Below, in pieces: positions 13,809 to 26,275 of a stretch of DNA of 64,000 bases. How positions within the stretch are numbered: the stretch's first letter is position 1; each line of letters opens with the position of its first letter. The position numbers and the translations under genes are program-made. The notes under the pieces are model-generated. The model was not told the DNA's origin. It ran no database searches and worked only from the letters and a program-made list of their open reading frames with translations. Origin of the DNA: Lytechinus pictus (lineage: Eukaryota); NCBI RefSeq assembly GCF_037042905.1, contig NC_087251.1, positions 49,229,358 to 49,293,357 of the forward strand, written 5' to 3'.

Positions 13809-16026
13809 TGGCCTAAACTGATTATAGCCGTATGTTGGTTGAACCCAAAGTCGGCGACTGTGTATTCATTGGTGTCCTTTGTAAGTTAGATGCGGTTTAC
13901 CTGAAAATGAAGTTTGTGTTTTGCAACTGTGTAATTCTACTTTAAATGGGGAACGTCACAGGCTATATCTTATTTAAATAAAGACCATGTATGATCATAC
14001 GTACAAATTTGGTGAAACCATGGACCTACATGGTAAAATTAAGCGAAAACTTATCTTACGTCCATCTTTAATTAAAATTCAAATGTTATGCTAATTCGCT
14101 TTTTACAAAAAAAATAGCTTGTTGTTTGGGATGGACCTCTTCATACGCCGGGTTGGCACAAATAAGGGTTTTTCATCATATTTCATATCTAGCACTGGTG
14201 TAAAGATGGGGGGTGGTGGGGTGGCCAAAAAGCTTGAGGACTAAGAAAAAAATAAGAGACCAAAAAATGAAGGAAATTTGTGAAATGGGATATTTTTCTG
14301 AACATTATGTCAAAGTCCATCACAAATTTCGATTTTTGTAAGGAAAAGTGGTTCGATATTTCCCCCCCCCCCAAAAAAAAAACCCCGCTATGTCTGGTCC
14401 CCTTACAAATATTCTGGCTCGTTTCGCTACTGATACTAAGTAACTGTGAGTTGAAAAATAATAACATTGTGGGAATATATCGGTTTTTCTTGTCCAGTCG
14501 CTACGCTGCTCTTCATCTGGAATGTATGGTATTGAGATTGAAACTGCGATATAGTTTTACTGATATAATATGCAGACAAATATGTCATTTTTTATGAGTT
14601 GCCATACGCTTGTTCACACAATGCATAAATTACGTGTTGTTCCATGGAGTTGAGGCAAACTCAAATGGTTGTACCAAGAAGGTACCAACCTCTGGTAGTA
14701 AGTTTAAAATACGAAATTTAACTTGAGAAAATAGCAATCTTTTTGCTCGATCACTACGCTCACTCATTATGTCTTTGGGTAGGAAGCATCAGTCCTGGAG
14801 CTTATTACAGACGAGCTCTTCAATTCTCACTCCGATGTTTCCATCTACCTATTCTAAATCGACCTTTTCGTTTGCAATAGGTCCATGGTTTGCACGACTC
14901 CAACTCTAGTTTCATATACAAAATTAATGTTTAAAATATTTCTTACATCCTGTGGTTCTCGGTACAATATCCCTTCCACAATACGCCGGTCAGTTGTTTT
15001 TCCCCCTCCCTCACCCCGCTTTTAAAATTTCGTTTGTATCCTGGTGAATCTTGGACCCGATCCTGGCCACGTTGTGTAAGTAAAACATCTACTGAAAAAA
15101 TCTGAATATTTTATCAAACCTGGCAGTAGCGTAATGAGCCACAAATTTCTGGGGGGGGGGGGGGCAGACGTATAGCGACACAAATTTCCTTGAAAAGAAA
15201 GGATATAGCAAAACATTTTACAATTTTGATACAAAAATCTAATTTTGTGATAGATTTAGATATTGAATTCAGGAAATGATATCATATTTCACCCCTTTTT
15301 CTTTCATTTCCTTTTTTCTTGGTCTTAAAATGTTTGGGGTCTATGCCCCCAAGCCCCTCCCCCTTCTGTACGCCATTGACTCGAATTATTTATGAAAAAA
15401 TGTATGATCAGGGTCCTGTACCATTATTTTAAAAAATATTAAACACTTATTCTTTTCACTAAATGGCTTATAAAAATTAAAAGATGGAGACAACAAAATG
15501 CCTTGCAATATACTGCCGAACGACATAACAATGTATTAAAAAAAAAAATATTCCCAATACCATTATGTAATTTTAGGCCTCCAAACATATTTGTGCGGGC
15601 GAGCGGGAGGGGCTCGCGAACAAAATAATGTTTGGCGTTTGCCGAGTTTTATGTTATAGCGTTTAAAGTTGGATCATGATTGGATTAACTATTTCGTATT
15701 TGCTATATATTATATATATAGGTCAATTCCATAAAATGATCAACCATTTTGTACGTCCGACCCCCATTTTTCTCAAGTATTACGTCACTTCATAAACTGA
15801 CCAAGTCATGTTCCCTTGAGAACATCACAGACTGTCAAAAGAACAAGAAATTAGAGACAGAAAATTTCATGAAGGAATTGGCTGATTTACCTTGCAGAAA
15901 AAAAATTAAATTGCTAATTTACGTCGCTGTCTCTCGTACAATGAAATGTCAGTATAAATACGTGAGCCTAATAGCTAATAACAAAATATGTAAGAAATAT
16001 TAATGTCGATTGTTTTGAAGTATAAA

Positions 16027-17185
16027 ACAAGGCATAAGCGATTTTGTGTCTCGCCCACTTATGAAATAACCAGAAATATCGTGATTTGCGAGGGCTTGCA
16101 ACAGAATTGTATCGAAAGTTCATTGTGAAATTACTGGGATGGAATAACACTTGTCATAAGAGTCTTGCACGTTAACTTTAATGTTGACCTCAAAATGAAC
16201 TTTGACCATACCATGTGACCTACTAACACAATGAAAAGTGATTTACGGTTGCAGAGTTATGTGTCATAAGAGAGTATTGCAAGAAAACATTAACGTTGAC
16301 CTGAAAATGACCTTTGACCTTACTATGTGATCTGCGACTGCAGCATGACACGCAGGTCCCGAACTACATCGATACTCCAAGTTTGGGTGAAAAGTGACTT
16401 GCAGTTGCGGAATTAGGTATCATAAGATAGTCTTGCATGTAACCTTTAACGTTGACCTGAAAATGACCTTTGACCTTACCATGTGACCTCCGACTGCAGC
16501 ATAAAGTGCAAGTCTCCCAATTCCATTTACCATCCAAGTTTGGTTGAAAAGTGACTTACGGTTGCGGAGTTAGGTGTCATAAGAGAGTCTTGCATGTAAA
16601 CTGTAACGTTGACCTGAAAACGACCTTTGACCTTACCATGTGACCTCCGACTGCAGCCTAACATGCAGGTCTCCCAAGTCCTTCTACCATTCAAATTTTG
16701 GTTGAAAAGTGACTTACGGTTGCGGAGTTAGGTGTCATAAGAGAGTCTTGCATGTAAACTTTAACGTTGACCTGTAAATGACCTTTGACCTTACCATGTG
16801 ACCTCCGAAGGCAGCATATTAGGGAGGCGCGATAGCTCAGTCGGTAGAGCGGGGGTTTCGGATTCCGGTGACCCGGGTTCGATTCCCAAGTGGTGCGCTA
16901 GTGCCCTTTGGTAAGGCATTTATCCTCATTACCAGGTCCCTCGGAGAGGACCTTAAGCCGTTGGTCCCCTGGTTGCTTGCTCACAGGCATTCGTGCTTTC
17001 TTAGCAGTCAGGTAAAACAACCTCGGTATAACATGCAGGTCCCCCAAGTTCATCTACCATCCAAGTTTGGTTGAAAAGTTACTTACGGTTGCGGAGTTAT
17101 GTGTCATAAGGTTTGTGACGGACGGACGACGGACGACTTTTGGATCCCTAATAAAGTCTCGCCTTCACCTCTGGTGGGCGAGACA
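16027..17185 (+). mobile_element. Non-autonomous Helentron/DINE-like element (family B) with ~157-bp tandem units and a nested SINE
   Basis: ACAAG start; subTIR TGTCTCGCCCAC (16047-16058) / GTGGGCGAGACA (17174-17185); 3' hairpin GTCTCGCC...GGCGAGAC; (GACG)n microsatellite; about 5 internal units. Confidence 0.8.
16821..17026 (+). mobile_element. tRNA-derived SINE inserted into the Helentron-like element
   Basis: A box TAGCTCAGTCGG, B box GGTTCGATTCC, body GTGCCCTTTGGTAAGGCATTTATCC. It splits the host unit GCAGCATA|ACATGCAGGTC. Confidence 0.85.
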
Positions 17186-18849
17186 AAAAGGGTATATCAT
17201 AATGCATATCAATCTCGAAAACTTTTACATGCGATCTGTTGCCCCCCCCCCCCAAAAAAAAAAAAAGATATTGCAAAAAAGTCAAAAGAGGACATATTTC
17301 GCCAAAAAGGGATCTCCATCTTTAAGTATTTTCCAGTGGCTTTCATAAGCAGTGGCAGTTTTCATCATACACTGTGTATTTGTGATTAAGCAGGAGTATG
17401 AGGAAAGGGTGTTTTAATAAGGGCAAGACGATTATGAAAAATGTTACTTTTTCAATTGGATCATTAGACCTATAGTCATGATAGTTGAAATACTTTCTTC
17501 TTTCTCTTTGTTCCCCCTTCTTTACCCCCTCCTCTACTTGCAAATCACATTATGGGCGCCCCCCCCCTCATGTGACGCCCCCACTGTCTAAAACCAGAAC
17601 ATATTTACATTGAACTTGATCATCCATGTCACGTAATTATGAGGGTGGACGTTTTACGCTTTGGCCTTTATCAATTGTTAAGAAAATTCATCATTTTTTT
17701 TCTCTCTACATTATATAGGCCTGCATTACACGTAGGCCTATGTAATGTATATATTATATACCACAGGCGGATCAAGGAGAAGGGGCCGAACCGTCACGGC
17801 ACCCCACCCCTCTGTAGCAGTGAGAAAATGGGGTAAACGGAAAAATAAGACAAGCAAGACAAAAGAAGAAAGGGATGGAAAGGGGGAAAGAGATAATACA
17901 AATTTAAATAATTCAAATCACACAAATTCAAATATTTCAGTTCGCGCTTCGCGCTCGCATTGCCTGTTATGTATAATGAGGTACATCTTTATCATGAGGA
18001 TAACATGGCGCATGAAATATTTAAGCCAATATTTTAGGCCTGTTTCAACTCGCATTTCGTGCTTAACATGCTAAATGCATAGTTATTTTGCTTAATGAGA
18101 TATGCACTTTCCCCTGTTCAAGATTACAAGAAAATAAAATTGCGCGTTTATATATTTAGAATATAAAAAGAAATTCATCTGACGCTTCAATCTCATTATT
18201 TTAAGTAAGATGTTTACTCTGAAACATCTCAGCTCGCTCTTGATTCAGAGTGTTCATTTTCACGTAAGTAAATGAATAATTTCAGCTCGCAATTTGCTCT
18301 CACATTTTTAAGCTATACACCATGTTCATGATAAAGAGTGCTTAGAATGTATCGCGGTCGCTTTATTTTACCCCAATAAAATCCGATAGCTTTTGGCTTT
18401 TCCGATCGGGAATATGAATGAAATTTCTTTCTGCCCCCCCCCCCCCCCACTAATTGGACAATGCTGAATCCATGAAGGTCCATAACATTATCCTCCTTCG
18501 CGGCTAAGCGCTATCCCCGGAATATATCCATTTATAAGATCGCATATAATAAAAAAGTCTGATAACGGAAAAAACTTAGAAAGAGAGAGACCCCCCAAAT
18601 AAATAAAATAAAACAAAAATAAGGAAATTGAAATATTTTTGCTTCTGATATTCACACATCCCATGCATATAGGCATTATCTAGCTTTGTAAGCTTGCAGA
18701 AAATATTCTGGGGTCGCTTACCTTGAAAAAGTTCCTAGTTAGAGTGTTAGAATCTCGGATCACGATTCAATTGATGTGTGAACTATTATCCAATGAAATA
18801 ACATTAAGATGTGTATTATGGTTGTACATCTTTTGAAATGGAAGATAAT

Positions 18850-19665
18850 TTTCCCTTTCCATTCGGCGAAAGTGCTTCGTGTTGCGCGAGCAGAATTAAT
18901 AATCGCGTTAAAATTTAATAAGAAATCCCAGGCGTGGATTAATTTGGCTGTGGAATGGATGAATCCGAGCTCTGGAAAACTCCTTTGTGTGTCAGTAATT
19001 TCTGAGCAATGCGAATGAAGATCCACTGATCCGTCACAGAGTGTCATGGCAACTCAGTATGATTGACGGGCGCAAGGGGAGAAAGCCTTCCACACTCGTA
19101 ATCTTTGGGAGAGCGTTTATTCGTGCGAACGGTACGCTCAGAGTACCCCGCCGCTAAGCTCCGGCTAAGCTGAAACTAACCTTACCGTTATATTCAATGC
19201 GAGGGAGACACCAATCATTTTTTTTCTCTTCCCCTCTCTCTCTCACTCCTTTCTCCTCTCGTTTCCCCGATCAAGTAGGCCGCTGCATGCAAGTGCTGTT
19301 CATCAGAGAGAAACGAGCCATTCATTAGTTCAGCTCGCGAGACCCCGGGTCGTGTGGATGCTTTTACTCGAACCAGCTTTATACCGAGGAGGGGAAAGTG
19401 TGACGAAGAAGGAAAAAAATCTGACCACTTTTCACGTCTAGCTTGCTACCTTGCAGGCCTGCCGATGTGATATGTAGCAGCGGTCAAAACCCCGGATTTG
19501 ACAGGCCAAGGAATAACCATTAGTAGTTTTGTGACACTCCATCTCGACGAAAATCCTTGGATGTCTCGGACTTTGTTTTTATTTGTGGATCATTTTCTCT
19601 ACACATTTATTGGACTAATTTAGCGAAATATTTTCATCAAGAGTTAGCGAAGATAAATTTGCGAC
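18850..19665 (+). promoter_or_regulatory. Probable Meis promoter / 5' UTR
   Basis: CpG-retaining, repeat-free stretch directly upstream of the start codon. CCAAT at ~19211, CT-rich tract 19220-19268, TGATTGACGG at 19060-19069. The TSS cannot be placed from sequence. Confidence 0.6.
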
Positions 19666-19677
19666 ATGGCACAGAGG
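19666..19677 (+). CDS. Meis: Meis/homothorax TALE homeobox gene, coding exon 1 (MAQR)
   Basis: GACATGGCACAGAGG|GTGTGT: ATG in good context, 4 codons MAQR, then a GT donor. Vertebrate Meis1/2 also start with a 12-nt MAQR coding exon. Joins the next exon in phase 0. Confidence 0.9.
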
Positions 19678-19966
19678 GTGTGTTTTTATTTTCATTTTCT
19701 AATTGTTAATAATGTGTATATTTCATTTCTGACTTGGTAACATTTACAATACCGTCATCCTTCTCTTCATCCTTTTTTTTTTTGTTGGAGTCGCTACCAC
19801 TTTTGTCCCCATTTTGCTCTTGATATTTTTTTTGGCGCTCTCCTAACTTTACTCCTCCCCCATTCTCTAAAGATCCAAACCGGTGAGTTTCAAATAATGA
19901 TAAATTTACCACAAAGATATCTTCAATTTTCAAATTAATTATGCCTTTTCTTCTTTTTCATTGCAG

Positions 19967-20211
19967 GGTTACGATGATGGTTTGCCGCACTATGGTTCTT
20001 TAGATGCTTCGTCTACCTCCATGTACGAGGCCCATGCTCCTCGGTCGGCCGTTCACTACTCACAAGCATACGCTCAACCTCACATGAACCACGCACCTTC
20101 AGTCGCACATCCACAATTTTACCCCGGACATACACCTTCAAATGTCATCACTCCATCGGTCACGCAAAGTGTCACAGATATTCACAAAAGGGACAAAGAT
20201 GCAATTTACGG
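19967..20211 (+). CDS. Meis: Meis coding exon 2 (GYDDGLPHYG...HKRDKDAIYG)
   Basis: Polypyrimidine tract plus TTGCAG acceptor. Translation matches Meis N-terminal YDD.PHYG and KRDKDAIYG motifs. Donor GG|GTACAT, phase 2. Confidence 0.95.
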
Positions 20212-21046
20212 GTACATCATTGTTTTATCCATCTGATGTAGCGAGAAAATAGAATTTAAAGCCTTATTATTCCCCCTTCACCACTCTCGAAAGGAAGAAA
20301 AAAAAAATCTGTTGGGATTGGTTTTCATTACTTCCTGCTAGATGCAATATCGCTACCGGAGAAGTTTCGGTTGACAATTGTTGATTTTGAATGTGGAAAA
20401 CAAAGATTTATTTTATCATGTTGATACTCACGAAAACACGTGTAACTCTTGCTTTACCCCAAACAGTTATAAACATACCTTATACCGCATTGCCTTTGTC
20501 TAGATAATACAGTTATATTGAAATTAGCGCCGTCCTGCCCCACCGGAAAACTTCATAAAATGGGCGACAGGTTGCGTTGGAGCGCATCGTGAAATTGATT
20601 TTTTTCGGAAAGAGTTTCACAACATGCACCTCTTCCACGCATTATCTGGCCTGAATCATTTTCAAATATTCAATTATCTTTACAAATGCATCCTTCCATC
20701 CTGAAATAAGATTGTATGGTTGGTAATAATCCTTTTAATTTCTTCGAAGAATGAGTCAAAATAGCTCACGGAATTACTCGTTATTGGTAAACCGAATTCG
20801 AGTTTGTCATAAGATACGGCAGTTCGACGGGTAAAGAGTAAATCCCTATGGTTTGGGGGAAATCGGGGGGAGCTTTCGGATTTAAGTAGGCTGTGTTTCC
20901 TAATCAAAACACTGCCTTAAAATATTCCTAAATGCAAACTATCTTCCACATTTTACTTTCATTTCCCCCGAATGCTAAGCCACTGAAAATCCGCTAAACG
21001 GGGCAATGAAGTAAGCTGAAGATGGTTGTTTTATTTTTGTCCACAG

Positions 21047-21188
21047 GCACCCGCTATTCCCACTGCTCGCACTAATATTCGAGAAGTGCGAGCTAGCGAC
21101 ATGTACCCCGAGAGAGCCCGGAGTGGCGGGCGGCGATGTGTGCTCGTCGGAGTCGTTCAACGAAGACATAGCCGTTTTTGCGAAACAG
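21047..21188 (+). CDS. Meis: Meis coding exon 3, MEIS-A/HM domain ([47 protein letters not shown])
   Basis: TTTTTGTCCACAG acceptor, 142 nt, phase compatible with exon 2. Peptide is essentially identical to vertebrate MEIS1 as I recall it. Donor CAG|GTACAC. Missed by the ORF track. Confidence 0.97.
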
Positions 21189-23144
21189 GTACACGAGGTG
21201 AAGAGGCAACGGGTTTTTTTACAATTCATCTATGTTTCCTCTTGTTTGAAGCTGTGAAGTATATGTCTAGACCTTTCTATATATTTTTGCATTAGTTGAT
21301 TTTGTGATGATTGAATACTGAAAGTTACTAACCGATGCTTGAATGCTCAGTATTACCACTTCTACCAGTTTACCGGCCAATTTAACTCCAGTCTTGTAAC
21401 TGCCCCGTTTTATCTGGAACAACACCAAAACAACATGAATTTTGAATTTTCTTTATTCTTCGCTATTAAATATGATTCATTCATAATTTTGCCTGTGCTG
21501 ACCCAAGCTTTTGTGTTATACCTGTCAGGATTAGAAAGTCAGATTTGCAAGGGTTTATAAAGTTATTGTTGATGTTATACAAAGAGAACAAAATGTATCT
21601 TTTTCGGCACAGATGTTATTAAATTATCATCTGAATTATCCCTTTTTGAATAGATAACTTTTATCATAAATTGTCTATTTTTCTAAATAATATGATCAGT
21701 TTTGTTAGTGTTCAGTATAATTTTGACTTCTCAATATTGGTTCAATGTGCAGTTCCTTTCTGTATTTCCAAATTGTCTCTGTTTTCCCAATTTAATGTAG
21801 TAACATCTTATTGAATTTTAAAAAACATCCACATCCTATGCAGCCCCACGATGAATCCAATTGCATGATGAGGCAAAGGCCCATTTCTGTTGCATGTGCT
21901 GCTATTTATTGCGCCTGTGCCATTTCAATTCACTCGTCTGATTGACAGAATGACCGGTGATATGAGCTTTAAGCCGTTTGGTCGGCTAGAAAATGGCAGT
22001 GGCATGATATTTCTGTAATCCAGCCCATCTCTTCTGGCTTTTGTCAAATGCTTTCCAATGTCTTCAATCAAGAAGGGAATCTCAGTTACCAAGGCAATTT
22101 TGATGATACACTGAAAACAAGCGCCACTCTCCCCTGTATCTCTTTCAAACATTCCCATTTTATATAGTTTAAACCTCTGTTCCATTTTCCCTATTTCATG
22201 TTACAATCTCTGGAATTTTATTTGAGCACAAGGTATTGTTGATTGGTTTCAGTTCATCCTAGATGATGTTATTTTAGTTTAGAAGCAGTAGAGTGAAACA
22301 TATTGTCCCTTGCCAGAAGCTCAATTTGCCCAGATAAATTCCTGATTTAAGTATTGAAAAAGCCCCAGATATATTTACAAAGTGATTTGTTATTTAATTG
22401 GATGTTCTATACCCTCTCCTTGCTGTAAAGAAGTTATTGAAACATAATTCGCACGAGTATGTAATGCCTTTTAAGAAAATGTGTTAGTGTGATTGCATTA
22501 TGGTATCAAAATTTTGTAATGTCCCAAATTATGCATGCCTTAACCCTGTGAATCTTTGAATTCTTGCAGCTAGATAGAAACATGTTTAATTACCAGGTAT
22601 TGAAAATATTTTATCAAAAATTATGCTCTGATGTATTTCAAAGTATTATTGCTACAATAAGATAAATATTCATCACAGTACATGATGATGATAGAATTGA
22701 GTTGAATGAATTAAAAATTGAAAATAAAAACGATTAACCACAATATAAGAGAAAAGAATCGTAGCACACATGTATGAATAAGTTGCAGAACTTGAATTAA
22801 GACTTAAATGTCTTTGTCAAACGTGTTCTAATTGTTTGATGAATAGATGACACAACCATTTTTGGCAGTACGACCCTTGCTGCAATAAATTATTTACTAG
22901 CTGTGTGCATTTTCATCATAATGCCTTGCATCTGTACAGAGCTTCTATGGCTACATACATAGACTAGTACCACAAACATTTTGGTAGCATATCAACTCCA
23001 AGACACTGACTATACAATGCAGCCAGATTCAAACTCAAAGATAATGAGCATCAAATCTTTATTCTTTGTTGTTTGTAATCTTTTGTGATAATCTGGTTGA
23101 TATAATATTTGCCATTCCCTTTTTTGTTTGTCGATATTTGCTAG

Positions 23145-23195
23145 GCAAGGGCGGATAAACAGTACTTTTCCAGTAATGAGGAACTGGATAGTTTG
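23145..23195 (+). CDS. Meis: Meis coding exon 4 (ARADKQYFSSNEELDSL)
   Basis: TTTGCTAG acceptor, 51 nt, phase 0/0, consensus donor TTG|GTGAGT. Aligns by eye to the vertebrate 17-aa exon IRAEKPLFSSNPELDNL. Confidence 0.92.
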
Positions 23196-24337
23196 GTGAG
23201 TAAAGTGGATATAATATAATTTCATCACTTCTCCCCAGGGTGTCCTAATCATAAAATAGACTTAATGGTAGTAATTAATTCCTACAGGTTTGAGAACATT
23301 GAACTTGATAGATTCTTCTTCAATTCATAGAAAATTCTTGCAATGTAGGCCTAATCATGAAACAATTTGATTATGAAACAAAGCTGAATTCCAGGTTTCA
23401 TTTTTTTCTATGAGACGAAGATGAGGATTATAAGAAGGAAGTTTGAGAAAATTATGGAAATGACAAAAGAATAACAATGATTGAGGTTGGTGCATTATAT
23501 ACTCTTGTATTTGATGTAGTTTACATTCAGTAATTATAAAGGTTCTTTTATAAGGAGTGCTTGTGGATTCAAGCCACAGTATATACATTTACATTGTAAG
23601 CATAATGCTAATGTTTTCAGGAATGTTATTTGTTTACATTTTAGGGACAGTTGCTTTCACCCAATTCTAAAATAAACTTATTTGAATAATGTATACAAAT
23701 GCTTTCTGATATTTTTCATTATTGTTTTGGTGGAAGGAGGGCAGTAAAATTGAAATGGCCTTGTATCACGGGTTATTTGTGTGTCATTTTTATCAGCTAT
23801 CAAAGCTAAGTATTATAGCTGTGATTTTACATATTCATTTCAATTTAAGTCAATCCAAGTATTTATTTCCAAATTCATTAAAAAAGAGACCTATGGCTTT
23901 AAATGTAATGGATTATAAGTGAATTTTCAAGACAAGCCCTTAAGTTCTAATTCATTTATGATTTATCAATTGATCAATTCAAGGAATTGGTAAAGTAAGA
24001 CCTTATAGATTTACCAATATAAAGCAATATTATTTTTTTAATTCTTGTGTATATTTTTACTCTAATCATATTTGTAATTTATCCTGATCTGTGATATTCT
24101 CTTATAGATCACACCTGTATTGATTTGTTGACTACAGAATATTGTTATGATCATTTGTGATATATGCTGTTTTTAACTGGTAAAACTTGTGAAAGGGATG
24201 ATTTCTTATTTTCTTTTATGTGATTATTCATGCAAATTGAAATTACATTAATTTTCTAAAGTCTATTTAAGTTTTACTAAAGACTGAAGATTTAATCAGG
24301 ATTGACTGCTTCTTTTTTACTTCCATGTTATCATCAG

Positions 24338-24388
24338 ATGATCCAAGCCATTCAAGTATTAAGATTTCACCTTCTGGAGCTAGAAAAG
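24338..24388 (+). CDS. Meis: Meis coding exon 5 (MIQAIQVLRFHLLELEK), MEIS-B domain
   Basis: CATCAG acceptor, 51 nt, donor AAG|GTAAGA. Peptide is the conserved Meis/Hth motif. Confidence 0.97.
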
Positions 24389-24479
24389 GTAAGAAAAACA
24401 TATTTGTAATAATCCATAGCAACTTCACCATGTTGAATGAACCATAATTAACTTGTACAGTTGATTAGATTTATACTTT

Positions 24480-24830
24480 TTGCTGCATGTCTCGAGAATA
24501 CTTAATAATATTTGTAAATATTACGTGTACTTTAATATTCTATTATTGTTCAGGAGTTCAGATATAACAGTTCTTTTGCGATACTACAATGTTAAATGAA
24601 TCCAGTTAATCTGTACGGTATATGTGATTTAACCTTTTCGTTGCATGCTTTAAGACTAAAGATATTTGTATTACTATAATAATTTATTATTGCTCAGGAG
24701 TTCAGAAATTACAATTCTTTAATTGTACAGTGTGAAATGAACCATGACTAGTTTGTATCGTCTATGACTTTTTGTTGCATGGTCGAAAACTACTTAAGAT
24801 ATTTGTATTATTATGAAAATCTATTATTGA
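24480..24830. repeat. Degenerate ~145-155 bp tandem repeat just downstream of Meis exon 5
   Basis: TGCATG...ATATTTGTA..A...TATTATTG recurs three times; TCAGGAGTTCAGA occurs at ~24550 and ~24695. Confidence 0.6.
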
Positions 24831-26050
24831 AGTGTATACTTTTGTATCATATAAAATATTTTTGAAAAGTTTTTATCATTAATGAATGGAAAGAATTATA
24901 GGCAAATGTGATCTTTGCCCTTTGATTTTTACAGACCATCAGACTATTAGTTTTTTATTTTTTAGATAAAAAAGAGGATATCTTGATTGGCTTAAGTTGA
25001 AATCATTAAATTCTTTATGAGATATCAACTCCACTTCTATAAGGCTGCAATGAACCTCCCCAGCCCCCCCCCAAATATATATGTATATCATATCAAATAA
25101 TAATCCATAATCATGGATGAGCTTGTCCTGTCTGCATGCTGTATTGCCGTGGATTTACAATTCTTGTTAAATAAACCTTGTATCTTCTCTAATGAAAAAT
25201 GTATATAAATTTGTACAAAATAATGCATATAACCATCTCACAATCATGGCAAATGAAGGTATAATTTAAAATAAAAAAGCATTGAAATGAAATAAACATC
25301 AGATTGAGTTTGGCAGGCTTTGGAGATGGGTTTGAGTTGCTTGTGAGAAGAGAAAATTGCAAAACCACAGATCTGTGTCTATATCCCTATTTAATTGAAA
25401 TGTCATGATATCTTATGCATCTCTCATTGATGGGCGCTTTCCTCCCAGAGTTTGTTTCAGTTCTTTGGTTTTTTTGTTTTTGTTTTTAAGCTCTGGTCAT
25501 GGAAATATTGGAATTATTCATTTCGGCCTCCTTTTGGAGGCAAGGAGAAATTTATGGTCTTGTGAGTTGGAGTCAGGAAAATTGTAAAATAAAACCCCTC
25601 TTATCTTGGACAAAGAGAAAGTGGATGCTTGTTGGCAGTCAAGCATTGGCAGCCTATATTAGTTCAGATTTTCTTTTTCATTTGCCAATTTGAATAACAT
25701 CAAACTTTTAATTCTACCTGGGAATATAATGCCGAATAACTTTGTAGAATGATATGGTTGATACCTGATTTCAATCTGCATATTTATAAATGTATGCCAA
25801 ACTCATGATGTAATAAACATAAATCAAATACTTCCTTATTATCATTTATTGGACGTTTCCAAGATGTATTCACAAGAATTTCAATTTATATATATTTTCC
25901 ATGTATTTTTTCTATTCATAAAATTGTTTTTCTCATTTTGAAAATGTGATTTGATATTTATATTTTTTATTTTATGAATTTTTTGTAATTACATGTAGGC
26001 CTATGTGAAATACCGATTTCCTGTGAAAGTATTATTATCAATTAGATTTT

Positions 26051-26275
26051 CAGAGCTGCCAAATGGTAGAATTTTTTCCTATTAGGTAGGATTTTTATTA
26101 AAGAGGATGGTGAGACTGAATGTGATTTTCCCTTTGAAATAGGATTTTTAAACTTAAGAATGATAGTTTTTGTATGTTTTTTCAAAACTTGAAATACAAA
26201 TAGGATTTTAGGCTTGAAAATATGATAAAAAGAAATAAAAGAATAGGGTTGTTTTCAATTGGGGTGGGCAGCTCT
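26051..26275. mobile_element. hAT-like MITE (degenerate)
   Basis: CAGAGCTGCC / GGCAGCTCT(T)G termini with internal TAGGATTTTT repeats. Confidence 0.55.
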
